NCBI GenBank assembly: GCA_016748015.1
Contig: JAAOMT010000276.1
Span: forward strand, 124,001-188,000
DNA length: 64,000 nucleotides
Direction of reading: 5' to 3'
DNA from: Geosiphon pyriformis uo1
Taxonomy: Eukaryota; Fungi; Glomeromycota
A program made the position numbers and the translations under genes. Numbering within the stretch: position 1 is the first letter of the stretch; every line of letters starts with the position of its first letter. Below, in pieces: positions 1 to 14,490 of this stretch. The notes beneath the pieces were generated by a model. The model saw nothing but the letters and a program-made list of their open reading frames with translations. It ran no database searches and was not told the DNA's origin.

Positions 1-2047
1 TGATACGTGGTGGGATATTGGCGTGGTATTGGCGTGTACTGGTTTCTGGGCATTTGGGGTGGCGTGTAGTAATTATTTTCGCGTGCTTCCTGCATCATTC
101 GCGTTCGACATTGACTAATCAAATGTCCTACGCGTTTGCAAAAATGGCAGGCGCATGTTTCTGTTCTGAATTCCTGGCATGACGAGCGATTATTTCGACT
201 GTCGCTGACTTCCTGGCTGCGTCTTTGGGGTGGTTGGTATGTATTTTTTCTCGGATCCGGGATGAGATAACTTTCTATTTTCTTAGAGAGTTCCTCCCCT
301 AATTGCGTTACTCTTTTCTCTAATGTTTCTGTCTTATTTTCCTCCATTACCATGTTAACCATTTGACTATAGTTAGCTTCTTTCTCAGCCGATTCAAGGG
401 CTCTGGCGAGCGTAACGGCTTCTGGTAAGGAATTAGGGTGGGCAGGGCATACTCTTCCTAAAATGCTGCTTTTTAATCCTCTAATAAACTGATTTAAAAC
501 CTGAGGATCAGTGTAGTATCCTTGTTCAATCGCTTCAATCTGACGGCGAATTCGATTAAATCGAGCAAGGTATTGGGTGACAGTTTCACCAGTATTTTGC
601 TTGATAGTATTGAATTCATTCTGTAATTGGATTACGGCGTTTGGGTCGCTAAAATACTCCAGGAGTGCATTTTTAAATTCGGCGAAGCTCGTGGGTTTTG
701 TTTCCAGGCTTTGATACCACGAGTCGGCTGTGCCTTTCAGGAAGAAAGGTAATGTTTGAATTGCTCTTTGGTCGTTCCAGTTATTTGCCTGGATGGCTTT
801 TTGTGCTTCTCTGAGCCATGTGTGCACGTCTGTTTCTTCTTCCTCTTCTGAGAAATCTGTTAGTCTTGCAATGTATTGTGTGGTCATTTCGTTGCCATTT
901 TCTGCTGGTGGGTTTATTGGTCTAAGAGGAGGTGGGATGATATTTCCTTGAGCGTTCCTAAAGGTGGCTTCCCTTATATCTGGTTCTTCCTCTTGATCAC
1001 GAGTTTCTTGGTTTCTGGACTGGCTGCTTGTTCCAGTGACTGGTCTTGTGATTGTTTTTTCGCTGGTCTCTTTTTCGGATTCTGATTCAGACTCCTCTTC
1101 ACGGTTTTCAAACCCCGTTCTAAATTTTGGCTGAAAAAGAGGGTTTTGGAATAGTGATGAATATCCTCCTGTAATTGGTATGTCTCNNNNNNNNNNNNNN
1201 NNNNNNNNNNNNNNNNNNNNNNNNNNNNNNNNNNNNNNNNNNNNNNNNNNNNNNNNNNNNNNNNNNNNNNNNNNNNNNNNNNNNNNNNNNNNNNNNNNNN
1301 NNNNNNNNNNNNNNNNNNNNNNNNNNNNNNNNNNNNNNNNNNNNNNNNNNNNNNNNNNNNNNNNNNNNNNNNNNNNNNNNNNNNNNNNNNNNNNNNNNNN
1401 NNNNNNNNNNNNNNNNNNNNNNNNNNNNNNNNNNNNNNNNNNNNNNNNNNNNNNNNNNNNNNNNNNNNNNNNNNNNNNNNNNNNNNNNNNNNNNNNNNNN
1501 NNNNNNNNNNNNNNNNNNNNNNNNNNNNTGTTGATGATGATGCAGCTCCTAATGGAATTTGTATCTTATTTTCTGGTGAAAAATGGTATGATTTATCTTC
1601 TGGTGAATAAATACGTTGTTTCTTTATTGATTGAGTGACAGTTTTCTTTGGCGTTTGAGCTGGTGTTCCTAGTTTTTGCTGGTTACTTTCCTGATTAGTT
1701 TCTAAATTTTCTTTGGTTTTGTTGGCGCGTTCCCTAGTGTTTCCTGTGGATATTGGAAAATTTTCGTTGGCGTATTGCTCAATTTCTCGATGGATTTTGA
1801 CAATAGTTGCGGCTATTACTGCTACTTCTTTTGTAGTGTATTGTGATAATTTTCTATACAATCCAAGTTTTGCGTCGTGTGGTTCTTCTTCCTTTCCTAT
1901 ATGATAATTTATTCTGGCGTTGATATAATAAGTGAGGGCAGATTTTGCTGGACAACACCCTTCTGGTAATCCAAGATCACTTTGATTTTGTGTGTAAATA
2001 GCACAGCAGAATTCAAGAACAGTAAGATTAGGGGTTTTTGTCGCCAC
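1..2047 (-). CDS. gag: Gag (partial): N-terminal extension, capsid-like domain and CCHC zinc knuckle
   Basis: After the N gap, the frame DIPITGGYSSLF...MTTQYIARLTDF...WLREAQKAIQANNW...FIRGLK...CHFCKRVGHLISQC is open to base 1. The ORF-track stop at 974 comes from reading the wrong frame across the gap. Confidence 0.88.
1187..1528. other. Assembly gap (a second gap lies at 2191-2248)
   Basis: N runs. Confidence 1.
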
Positions 2048-2110
2048 TTTTGTCTTTTCCTTTTTAGCAATGAATTATTGCTAATTATTATTTTCTTTTT
2101 GATTTTCTTT

Positions 2111-2127
2111 CCTCGTAGGGTTCACCA
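2111..2127 (-). promoter_or_regulatory. Primer binding site
   Basis: TGG-initiated sequence complementary to a tRNA CCA end, directly after LTR-CA plus TT. Confidence 0.85.
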
Positions 2128-2129
2128 AA

Positions 2130-2480
2130 TGTTACGGGATGGTTTTCTTGTTATATTTAATTGCTGATATCCCGCTTTAATTGCAATCAGNNNNNNNNNN
2201 NNNNNNNNNNNNNNNNNNNNNNNNNNNNNNNNNNNNNNNNNNNNNNNNATGTTTGTAGTTCTACGAGAAAATACTTTCTTTTTGATATTTCAACCTGGTG
2301 CTTGCTGCTATCACCAGTTGGTGTTGGCTGCTATTGTGAACTGGTGCTTGCCACTATCGCGAGATGGTGTTTGCTACTATGTTAATCATTACCTTTCTAA
2401 GATTATTACTGTGCTATATTATGATTGAATAGTTTGTATTATTTTTATGATTCTTTTTGCTAAATTCTTAAACCGTAACA
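2130..2480 (-). repeat. 5' LTR of gypsy family 1 (contains an N gap)
   Basis: TG...CA ends with an 8-bp terminal inverted repeat; composition switches sharply to extreme AT after 2480. Confidence 0.85.
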
Positions 2481-3559
2481 CCATTAAAGAATATTTTAAT
2501 TATTATTAATTTTACAATTACAAAAATTTATTCAAAAATTTATAAATATATTAAAAAGAAATTTTTATTTACTATATAAAATAATTAGTTTAACTTATTA
2601 ATACAGATTTAACTATAATATTTAAAAAATAATTTCATTATTGTGAAAAAAACTTTAAATTATTTTGTTATTAAAATATTATATTATTTTAAACTTGATA
2701 ATATTATTTAGATCTTATTAAAAATTGTGTTTATGTTTATAGAAAGTTGAAACTTATTATTTAAAATCACTTTAAAAATAGTTATTTATTAGAAAAATAC
2801 AAAAATTTTTTAAAAAATTTTTAATTAAGATTATTAATACTATTATTATTGTATTAATACTATTATTATTGTAATTATTACTATTAAAACCTAATTTTAA
2901 TTTTTATTATTATTAAAATTACATTAAGTTAAAAGAAGAAAATAAAAATCAAGAAATAATTAGAAAAAAACTGATTATAAACTTTACTATATCTTAAACC
3001 TTGGTAATTTAAATTCTAAAATTAATTTAAAATTTAATAAATTTAATTGTATTAGTAAATTTATTATTAGTACTATTTATTCACTTAATTTTATTATTAA
3101 TATATATATTTTTTTACTTGTAGTATCAATAATATATGTTTTTATTATCAAAATAAAAAAATTTATTAATAAAAAAAATAACACTTAAATATAATCAAAT
3201 AATATGAAAAAAATTATTATTGCTAATAATTAAAATAATTTTAAAGCTTTTTAAATAATTATATTTTTTTTTAAGATATAATTAATTTATTGTATTAAAG
3301 TTTTATTATTAAATTTATAATGTTTAATAAGTTTAAAATTGTGTTTTTTTAATATTTTAATAATTACAATAGTATTATTTGATTATAAAAACATTTTAAT
3401 ACTATTAAACAGAAAAATAATAAAGTAATTACTATATATTTAAAGCATTTTTATTATTATTAATGCCAAATTCAAATAATTAATACTAATTATTATATAA
3501 TACTATAAAATCCAAATTATTTATATAATAATATTTTTTAACAAATATGTTTAGCATAT

Positions 3560-4315
3560 TTAACAAATTTTTATGAACAAAAATTTTAAATCAGCTAAAT
3601 TTAAAGCCAATTATATTTAAACTATAAACTTAATAATTAATAGATTATCTAAGTTAAATATCAAGCTAAAACAGTTTAATAACAATATTAATCAAAAAAT
3701 CAAAAAATACTTAATTAATAATCAAATTATGTATTAATTGTTATAATATTATAAAAATTAGTAAAATAATAATTATTTTCAAAATTAGTTGTAATTATTA
3801 ATATTATTAATATTATTAATATTATTAATAAATTAATAACAACAAAAACTTAAATTTACTATTATTATTATAAATAAAAACATCTAAAAATTAATTATAA
3901 ATTATAGTTAAATAATTAAAAATTAAAAAATCAATATTAAAATTTTAATTGTAAGATTCAAACTCTAAATTAGAGATTTAAAACTTTGCAAAAACAATAT
4001 TAACAATTATTATATTATATATTAATTTTATAACAGCAATTCTAATTGGTTTATTTATAAATTACATATTAATTACTATTATAAGAATTAGGATTATTGT
4101 TTCAATTATAAATACAATTTTTAACTCTAATCTAAAACCTAAAACCAAAGAATATTTAGTAGAACTAATAATTAATGATAATTATTTATTAATTAATTTT
4201 TAATATTATTAATCTACAATTAGAAAATTATGCTAGATATTTGGATAATATGCAGTTGTTTTTCTAAATTTTTAGAACTATTTAAGTTTTATTATTATTA
4301 TTAAATATTAATTAT

Positions 4316-4354
<39 letters not shown>

Positions 4355-4640
4355 TAATCTTACTTGTAATTATTACTAAAAATAAAAATAAAATGTTTTT
4401 CTTTAATAGAACTATTTTAAATATAAACAAACTTATTATTATTATGTATATTAATATTAAAATTAATGGCTAATTTATCAAACTTATTTTTAATAATAGT
4501 TTAACCAATAAGATTATTATATAAATTAATTAAATTATTAAGTTAATTATACTGTTAATACTCATATTATTATAACCAATAAAAATAAAAAAACTTTAAT
4601 AAATAAAATTAACAACTTTTTATTTAAAGTCAATAATATT
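3560..4640 (+). pseudogene. Heavily decayed gypsy gag-protease relic
   Basis: 3580-3740 reads as a GC-stripped version of the Gag segment ESAEKEANYSQMVN...KIESYL...YQPPQ. 4440-4630 aligns by eye to the protease segment at 19050-19265 (ITAMYT...ILD...SII...IITAD...PVGEIDDF). Confidence 0.7.
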
Positions 4641-5479
4641 ATAAAAATTACTTAGTACTAAGTATTTATTAATAATAATATAAACAATAAAAAAAATTCA
4701 ACAACTTCAAAAATTCAAATTCAAATTTAAATTTCACTTTTATTAGCTTTAATAATCATTTTACAATTAAAAACAACAAAATTATAATTTATTTATATGT
4801 TATTATTGTGAATTAACTGAATATTTTTAAAAAAATTACAATAATTTTTTTTATTTTTAACAATTTTTAGAAACAATAACAATTAAAACAACAGAATTAA
4901 CAATAACAATATTTTTTTTTAATTATAGATTTAACAAGTATAATCTAACTGCTATTTAAATATTAAGCACAAATTAAATACTAAAGTTAATTACAGTTCA
5001 TGTATTTTTTACATGTAACCAGCTATTTAAGCCAGCTTAAACTATATTACATTAATGCTATTAGAAAAAAACTTATTAAAAAAAACATTTTTTAAATAAT
5101 TTCAAACAATATAGTACTATTACTAATTATTTCAATCAGTTATTCAGCTGTTTTTAATATATTAGTCTTAATAACAACATATTTGTATTTTTAAAGTAAT
5201 ATTAAATTAAAAAACATATTATTATTTATTGCAAATAAATTTACCTAAAAATTAGCTATATTAATATTTTTATATTTACATTCAGTTTTTAAAACAATTA
5301 TCTTATATTCCAACTTACTAATAACTTTGCTAAAAGCATCTATTGTTACAAGTTATTTCTTCTTAGTAATTGTATTATAATTAATTTCTACAGCTTTTTA
5401 GATCAAGCAATAATATAAAAAATTATCTAATTTTAATATAGAAATAAATATATCAGTTTTAATTAATGTTAATTTTAAT

Positions 5480-7150
5480 TTATGTTGAATTTTTATTTAA
5501 TAGATTACTATTATTTTTCTTATTTAAAGATCTAAAAATTAGCTTAATAAATTTTTTCTAACTTTTTTAATATAATATAATATTATTATTTTTGATTTTT
5601 ATTAATTTTTATTAAGTAATATTATAAAATTAAGAAAAAAAAATTTTTTGAATTTTTTACAAAATTAGTTTATATTTTATTAGATTATTAAATAAATTAT
5701 ACCAATTATTAATTTAATTATGTACTTTATTACTAATGTTTTTGTAAATAATATAATTTAAATTAGCAATAGTTATATTATTATTCAAAAGATTTTAAAC
5801 ATAGTTAGTTAATTTATTATTATTATTTTTATTAATTTTAAGATTAATATTGCTAATATGTTAATATATAATAATTTTATTAATATTATTAAAATAAATA
5901 AATCTTATAGATACTTAAATATTATGTTCTTCTTAAAAAAACTAAATATTTTTAGTTTAAAAAATAAATTTTAATATTAGATTTTTTTATAATTTTATAA
6001 TTTAAAAATTAATTTCAAATAAATAATTAGTTTATTTTATCATAATAATTTTAATTTTAATTATTTATTATCATATTTAATTTAATTTTATTAATAATAA
6101 AACATTAATAAAATAAGATAATCTAATTTATAAGTATTTTAAAATAAAAACAAGCTTATTTGGAATTTTTTTAATAAAAACTATTTATTATTTTTTATAG
6201 TATTTTAAATATTTTTATTAATAATTCTGTTAAAAGTTTGTGTTTTTTTTTGTATTTTAAAACCATTAATAGTAGTTTAAATATTAATATTTATAATACA
6301 ATATTATTAATTTTAATTAAAATTATAGTAATTGGTTTAAATTGTATTTTTATAAAATATTTATGCAATATTTTTATAAATAGTTTAATTGTAATTGTTA
6401 TTTACAGTTTTATTAATTCTTATATGTTTAATTTTAAAGAATATTATTGAATAAAAAAATAAAAATTAAATAATATTATTAAACATAAAAATTTTAATAT
6501 AATTAATTTAAAGTTAAAAACCATTTTAATATATTTAACAATAAAATTACAGATTATATAATTAATATTATTGGTTTTTTAAATTATATTTTGTTTTTTG
6601 AAATTTTTAATAATTTTATTTATAATTGTAAAGATATAATTATTTTTAACAATATTTATTATTTTATACATAGTATATATATAATATTTTTAATTATACT
6701 AAATAAAAAGTTAGATTTATTAAATTTTTAAATATAAGTTAATTAATAATATAAATTAAAACAAACTGTTTTTGTTTGATATTTTAACTAGTATTTTGGT
6801 TTTGGTTTTATTAATATTAAGATTATTATACTTAAAACTTATTTTATAAAAGTATTTTATAGTAAATTATTAATAAAAATACAAAAAAATATATAATATG
6901 AATAATTTTAGTATTATTTATATTAAAGTTATTTAATTATATATTTATTTATAATAAAAATGATTTACTAAAAAAAAAATTTTTTTATAATATTGTTTTA
7001 TAATATAAATAATTTAAATTATTTGTAAAAAATTTTAAAATTTTGCAAAATCTGTTTATTTTAACAATATATTATAATTTTTTAAGTTTTTTTATATATA
7101 ATAATATTTATATTGTCTTAATAAAAAGTTTAATGTTTAAATTTTAATGT
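5480..7150 (+). pseudogene. Heavily decayed LINE ORF2 relic
   Basis: Ghosts of the motifs AFVDDTIW (~5735), HRYLGI (~5905) and RTYFMKAL (~6835), converted to A/T. Confidence 0.6.
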
Positions 7151-7263
7151 AATAATAATATTAAAGCTTTTGGATTTATTAAATTTAAGATGATTTAAAT
7201 TATTAAGTTTATCTATTTATTAAATATTTTTTACCAAAAATTAATTTAAATAATCTAAACCAG

Positions 7264-8245
7264 TGTTATCAGTAGAATTTTAGCTATTAATTAGCAGGAA
7301 AATTACCCTTATAATTCCTATAATTAATTAGTATATTAATATCATTTCAAATTATCATTTATTATTTAATCAATTATCACATATCACGATTCAATTAAAT
7401 AATCCAATTAGTATAACAGAAAGTAAGATGATCAAATTACACAATACTCTGAACTTTGTAACATTCTAAAATTCGCCGAAATTTACAGAAATTCGCCGAA
7501 ATTATGAATAGTTTACCCATAGTTCAGTGAAATAACTTATAGTTCATCAAAATGTATCTTTAGTTCACTGAAATTTGAGCAAAGAGAAAAAGTGCAAGTT
7601 CATAGACTAGTACTACAACAAGTTGTATAAAAGAAGAGCTTTTCTCTTCAAAAAAATGTATCTTCTCATAATACCTTACCATAGTATCTTACTTTAGATA
7701 TCTTAATTGAAACAAATCACCTTTTACAAAATCAAATAAAAATTAAATATTTGAAAACCAAATTCTTAAATTATTACACTTGAAATTCCCTCAACACAAC
7801 TAACGTTTTGAAATTGATTAACTACCAATTTCAATAAACTGTTAGTGATTTCAGGCCTGGATAGAAAATGTTTCCCTTGATAAAATCCTATTTCTTTTAC
7901 ATTTCTTTTATTTTTCTTTTCTTTTCTTATTACAATTATTAGGGTAGCCTGCAGACGAGATTCCTGTAGAAGAGTTGACTTTCACAGCAAAGTAACTACA
8001 CATTTTTAGTGAGCTTTCAGATGAGCAATTCCTGAAAAAGAGTTGACGTTTACTACAACATAACTACATAAAGTAAGTGACAAGGAATTGGTTATTCCAC
8101 TTATAAGCCCAGCAGTTCAAATTACAGGAGATAATTTGAAAATAAATTCAGTTATTGGAGGTTCAACTACTTCTAGAAAATGTGAATTTGCAACCAACAG
8201 ACAGTTACAACATTCAAAAAAAGAAACCAAAAACCTCCGGTAACA
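7264..8245 (+). repeat. Solo LTR of gypsy family A
   Basis: Homologous to 15980-16970; TG...CA ends; 4-bp TSD CCAG (7260-7263 / 8246-8249); inserted in the old LINE 3' UTR. Confidence 0.95.
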
Positions 8246-11200
8246 CCAGATATAAATTATGTATTTAATTATATATAAACAGTTATTCAAACTAATTAGA
8301 ACAATATTAAGCATTTATATAAACAAAATTATATCTTTAATATCCAAAAAAATAAATATAGTCTATATACTAAAACTTTCACTAAAAGTTTTAACAATTT
8401 CAAATAGCTTAATTATATTTCTAAACAAGACAGATAACATACTGACAATATTTATAAGAATAATTTTATTATGTAAAATCAGACTACTTTTTTTTATAAA
8501 TAATTAGTATTTAAAACAAACAAGCCAAATATTATTCTTATAAGCCAATTTAAAACAGTAAAAACTTATTTCTTAAAAACAAATTTTTTATATAAAATCA
8601 TACATATAGCAATATTAAAAAAACATAAAAATAACAATTAAAAAACACATAAAAATAATTTAAGCTGACCAAAAAATGGTTTTTAGATAATTATATAGAC
8701 ATTTAACAGCTTTTTATGAGCATTATTATCTATTCTATAAGAAAAAACATGATTTAAAAACTCAATATTACTATAAAACAAACAAATTATATTATAGTAA
8801 TATTTATTATACAACTATTTATAAATAGTTATTAGCAGTTTGTAATATAAGACTTTTATAAAATAGAAGTATGTATTAGTTATAAACTTGCTTATAAATT
8901 TAGCAAACATATAAAAATTAGGATGTTATATTAGCAACAATTTAATTCAATCTATATTTTCAAATAAGTTATTTTTTAAAACTTTAAACTTAGATCTAAT
9001 CTTTTAATAAACATAATAAACAATTTAAAAAATTTCACAAATAAAACATTTCATATTTTTTAAAACCACTTTACTATCAATTTTAATAAATTATTTTTAC
9101 ATATGAACAGAAGCACTAAATCTAAAAAAAAGATAGCATTAGTCAATATATAAGTTTTTATATTGCTTAAATACTTAAATATTATCTAATTTTATGCTAA
9201 TTAATACTTAAATTTTTTTTAATAATATTCACAATATGTTAGTATTTAATCCAACAACAATTGTAAAAGTTTAATAAAACCAAATTTGATTTTAACTTAT
9301 ATATATCCAAAACTGTTTGGCTATTAGAAAATAACTTAATTATACTAAAAAAAAAACATATTTTAAAACAAGTGTAATAGTTTCTAATTCTGTTATAATA
9401 GAAAAAACCAAACCAAACATATTAATACCTAAACTTAAGTTTATATTTCCGAAAAAAGTTATAACATTAATTTTCATATTAAAAATATCTAAATTGTTTA
9501 AAGAATTATTAGTGTAAATAGAAAAACAAGTTATATTAATATTAAGCAATTGGTTATAAACAATATTAAATTTATAAAAACTACAAATATCTAAAGATTA
9601 AGACCCAATAACCAAAGATGAACTGTCAGAATAAGAGTCCAATTTAGCCAAAAACTTAACAAAAAAGACAAATCAACCAGAAACAAAACCACAAAAATCT
9701 AATTTTTTCCAATGTTTAAAGATTTTTCAATTAAAAACTATGCCTTTTTTATTATACAACTGTTTAACAAAAGCAATACCAAATTATTTAAGTAAGAAAA
9801 AAATTTTTAAAAAGACAAATTCACTTAAAACTATTAATATTAAAATATTACTTTAAAAGCAAAATACCAAATACAAAAAATTGTCTAAAAATAAGTTATA
9901 TTTACAAAAAATATAAATCATATTTACTAAGAAATTGTTAGATAAACTAATTTTGATACAGACTAAAAAGCACAAAAAGTAGTAAAAAAACCAGTTTAAA
10001 ATTTGTAAATTAAAAAATTTATAATTAAACAAATAACTTAAGATATTATACACATTAAAAAAACACAGCACAAATATTAACTTGTTTTTAGTTTACATCT
10101 GGACAAAAGTTTTTAGGTTATATAAAAAGAGATAATAAATTATATTACATAAAAAGTTTAAAGACAAACATAATTTTAATTTCAATTTTCTATAAATCAC
10201 AATATTTTATTTATCATATATATTATTAAAAACAAAGTTAAATTGGATTTTATAATTAACAATAGGATATAATAATATTAAGACCAAGTATAAAAACTAT
10301 TTATTAAAAATAGTTTTTTTTAATATAATACTAATAATAAATTTAATATTTAAGTAAACTTTTATTAAGCTAAACTTTAACAAATCTTTTATTAACAGAA
10401 AAATATTCAAATATCAGTAAAATTCCATTTTTTTGCAATAAAAATTGGCAGACTTCTAATTAATAAGAACAAGTTTACAATTTTGTAATTAATTAAAATA
10501 GTTACTGTTTTGTTATTATTAATTAAAATATTATTAATTCAAAAAAATTCACTTATAATATTCAAAATATGTTAAATTACCACCTAACTATATTAATCCA
10601 AATTATATTATCAACAAAGACACTAACAACTAGAAATAATATTAAACTAGCTTGAATTTTAATTTAATTTGTCTTAGCAACAAATTTAGAATTAATTCTT
10701 TAACTACATATACTTTTTTTTTTTTTAATCTTACATAAAAAAAAGTCATAAAAAATATGCCAAAAAAAAAAATCTTGTTTTAATCTAGTCTATTATAAAC
10801 ATGGTATTTATTTATTAAGTCAAAATTAATTATAATTCAATTAACATAATTATTGTAAATACTATCAAAAAATCTAATAAATTTGTTATATATTTTAATT
10901 TTATTTAGACTATATTTTAAATAATCTCAACTTACAGAATTATATACTTTGTACATGTCTTGTATAACCAGCCAAAATTCACAATTTTTTTTAAAGCATT
11001 CTCAATTACTAAACCAATTATAAAGATAAAAAATTGTTATTATATCTTTAAGAACTAAAAATTTATTTTTACAGTAAATATTTAATTTGTTACATATTAG
11101 AAAAATTCTATTAAAAAAAATTTTAGAAAGAACTTTCTGAATTATTTTAATTAAAATAATAAACTTAATATTAGTCAAAACATTTTTTTTAGATAGTTTG

Positions 11201-12619
11201 AAGATTATTAAAATCCAGATCTTTTTCCAAAATTAAAGAACAGATTTATGTATTAAATAAAAGTTCAAAAGTTTTAAAAGCATATTTAATATTATTTTGT
11301 TATAATGTTTTCATAATTTGTTTAAGATTCTAAAGAAATTAGTTGTTTTTTTATTAGACAAATTTTTTATTATATCTATTAATTTATCAAAACTAATAAA
11401 ACACATAAAATTTAAAAAAACATTATTAAAAACATGATTTAATAAATAATATTAATAGTATTATATCTTAGACACATTTTTTAATGTCTTGTGCTTTTTA
11501 ATCTAACTTTTTATAATATTATTTATTTTAGATTTAACCAATTTAGATTTTAATATCAGCTTTTTTTTAATTATTAAATATTCTAAAATCATTTTATAAA
11601 AGAAATATTTTAAAACACTCCAAATAGTATAATTTTTATTTAACTTAAAGCTTTTTATTCTTTTGTTAATAGCAGATTTGATATGTATTTTTTCAGTATG
11701 CTGAAATTTTATTATCTTAAAAACACAATATAATTTCTTAGTTTTTAATAAAGCAAACTAAACAGTATCAAAATAAGTACTTAAATTAAAAAAACTCTTA
11801 TATTAGAAACATTATCAACATTAAAAAATAGCCAGTCTTAATAGTAAATCAAATATGTTATTTAAAGCCATATGAAATATTTTAATTAATTTAAAGACCA
11901 AGATTTTCAGTTTGTATAAATAAAATAAAAATTTTGTAAAAACACTATTATAGTTTTTAAACTAAAATCTAAAAAAATTTTATTTGTTAACAAATAAATC
12001 ATTTTATAAACAATATTTCATATTTTGTTTATATCTAAAAAAATTTTGTGATAATAAAATCATTAACAAATACAATAAAAGTATTAAGTATTAAAATTTT
12101 AAACAAATTTTATTTCATATTATCAACATTTTTTAAATTAAATTTCCATTAATTTTTATTGGTTTATAATTAAAAAGTTCTTAAAACCAGATTTAATAAA
12201 TTATTAAGATTATGATAATATAAATAATATTGTAATTAATACTAAAAAACTTATTTATACATATAATTTTTTTGTTAATTAGTGTATTTACCAAGTTAGA
12301 TAAAACAAAAATAAAATCAATAATTTTTTTAATGTTCTTGGAATTTTTTTAAATAAAAGTCTTAGTACATAAATTACTAATCAATAAATTAACTAGACCT
12401 AAATTCATGTATTTTTTAAAGTTAATACTATGTTTAATATTATTTTTATTAAAATTATCTTTTAAAACTACAAAAATACTCTTATTATATATGCAAAAAC
12501 TTCTTTCTCTCCTTTGTCCTAATTCCTCAAAGAGCAAATTTTGAAAAAAAAAGTTTTTTTGTTTTTATCCTGCTTGTTTTATTATTTTCACCATTTTTCA
12601 AGCTAATAACCCATTTGTG

Positions 12620-14490
12620 ATGGACCTGAAAGCTGCTTTGAGTAACAATATGTCTAAAAAAAAGGCACCTAAAGGTGCTCTTCATGGTCCTGTTGGTGGA
12701 ACTTTTTCTCAAAAGTAATAAAAAAAAAATTTCTCTAACCAAACCTGGTGTCAATGAGGGCATATATTCGAATATAGACAGTAAATTCAGTGACAATGAG
12801 TTTGGTAGTGCTGAGTTAGATTCAGGTGGTACTTGTTTTTTCAGTTTGGCTGCAACAACTTTCAAAGCTAAGAAGGTCATTATTAATTTGGTCAGTGGCT
12901 CTCCTATTGGTACTATTGATTTTGGAATGGATAAAGACATGATTTACCTCCCTCCCTCTCTCAATATCTCTCTTGAAAAAAGATGGATTGATCCTAAAGT
13001 GGTAAAAATTCAGGTTGAAGTGCCTATTAAAAAATTCTTTGCCTTGAATATCAATTTCTCTGCTGTAGAAGAAAAATCAGTAACAGCAAAGACTCAGTCC
13101 ATTAAGAAAATTTTTTTTTCAGTCAATGGTTTTGGGGAGGCCACTACTCCCTTAAAATTTGAGAAGATCATCTGATTTATATTTACTTTTAAGGAGAGCT
13201 TGATTAAAGCTATATCATTGGCCAGAGAAAAGAGGATCATTGTAAACAGCAATCTCAAGAAACAAGAAATTCATTCAAATCGGGCTGTAATCATCAAAAA
13301 AATTCCCATGGACACACCAAAGGAAATGATCGTCGCTGCTTTAGCTGAGTTTGGCAAAATTAAGTCGATCAAAATTCAACTTATTGGTTTGTGGCAAAAA
13401 GCTGTGGTGGAATTTGCTGAAATAGGTCAGGCTGTACAATTGGCTACTAAATGGTCTTTTTTGATTGGAAAAGATTCTGTGCAAGTGGCTATGGCTATAG
13501 AAGATTGTGAAACATGGGCATCAAGAGACCAGTTCAAAGCTTTGTTGTTTACTTTGTCTGTAGGAACAACTGTTTATGATTTGAGCACTCTTTTGGAAGA
13601 AGCTGGTAGGAAAACTTGTATCATAAATTGTTTATTGAATTTTGGCAATAAGATTTGCTATGCTGTGGTTGGCTTTGAGTTTGAGGATACAATGGAATCT
13701 GCATATAATACTGAGCCAATATTTGGTGGTGTTAAACTTTCTTGGACTAGACTGAATTTGGTTTGTTGTAAAAAATATGGGTTTCTTGGTTATTCTGCTT
13801 TGGAATGTGGTGTATTACTTGCATCCACTCCTAAGCCTTCAAAGGTTGTTAGAATGGTCACCTTAGAGAAACATTGTCTTCAGCTAGCCAAGTTGTATGC
13901 AAAGAAAACTGTCCCTATCTTCTGTCCTGCTGCCTTTAATGGCAAGTTGTGGGTGCAAGTTGTGGGTGCAAGTTGTGTTACTCAATTCTTTTTCTAATGG
14001 TTTTCTGCCTTGCATAGTTTCTTTGGTGTCTTTTGGTGATGGTTTGTCTTCTGGTGCTAGAATTTTTTCAGTGATCTTTGCTCTTCCTAGTGACTTTGTT
14101 TTACATAACCATTTGTCTTCTCTGGAGTGCTCTTTAGAGCTTTTGGCAGACCAAGTTTCTGATATTTTGAGAAAGTTGAGCTATGTTGAGTTGGTGTCTT
14201 TGGTGTTTTTGCCTCTTGTCCCTCCTCCTATTGTTTCTACATTTTTGGCAGTGGACATGAATTCAGATATGACTTTGGATGATACTTTAATTCATCTTAT
14301 TCTTTTTTCTGTGGTTGTTACTAATATGGTTGCTAACATTAGCTTAAGTAGTTCTAAGATTTTGACCACCAAGGTGGGAGATTTGGAATTCAAGATAGTG
14401 GCTCTGAAGATATCAGTTGAGTCAGTGTTAGAGAAGTTGGATCACTTGTGTTCTGGTTTGGGTTCATTAGTTCCCCTTATTTCTCAATGA
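12620..14490 (+). pseudogene. LINE ORF1 (RRM-like domains, degenerate zinc knuckle, coiled coil), disrupted
   Basis: MDLKAALSNNMSKKKAPKG start; VIIKKIPMDTPKEMIVAALAEFGKIKSIKIQ...KAVVEF RRM; CKKYGFLGYSALEC knuckle; stops and frameshifts. Confidence 0.85.

Larger units (their letters stand above)
1..2480 (-). mobile_element. Ty3/gypsy LTR retrotransposon family 1, 5' part (LTR, PBS, gag); runs off the window start; CpG-rich, apparently young
   Basis: LTR 2130-2480 with TGTTACGG...CCGTAACA inverted termini; PBS TGGTGAACCCTACGAGG 2 nt after the LTR; open gag with a CCHC knuckle. Confidence 0.93.

Noticed and set aside
974-1186. ORF-track C-terminus ETYQLQED... of the 357-aa ORF and the X-filled ORFs
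   Set aside because: Artefacts of the N gap; the real Gag frame is a different one and stays open to base 1
10713-10726. Poly-T as a LINE tail
   Set aside because: It lies inside the RT region, and ORF2 homology continues on both sides
6238-12537. Short I/N/K/L/F-rich ORFs resembling mitochondrial or membrane proteins (possible NUMT)
   Set aside because: Chance frames in hypermutated LINE relics; several map to LINE motifs
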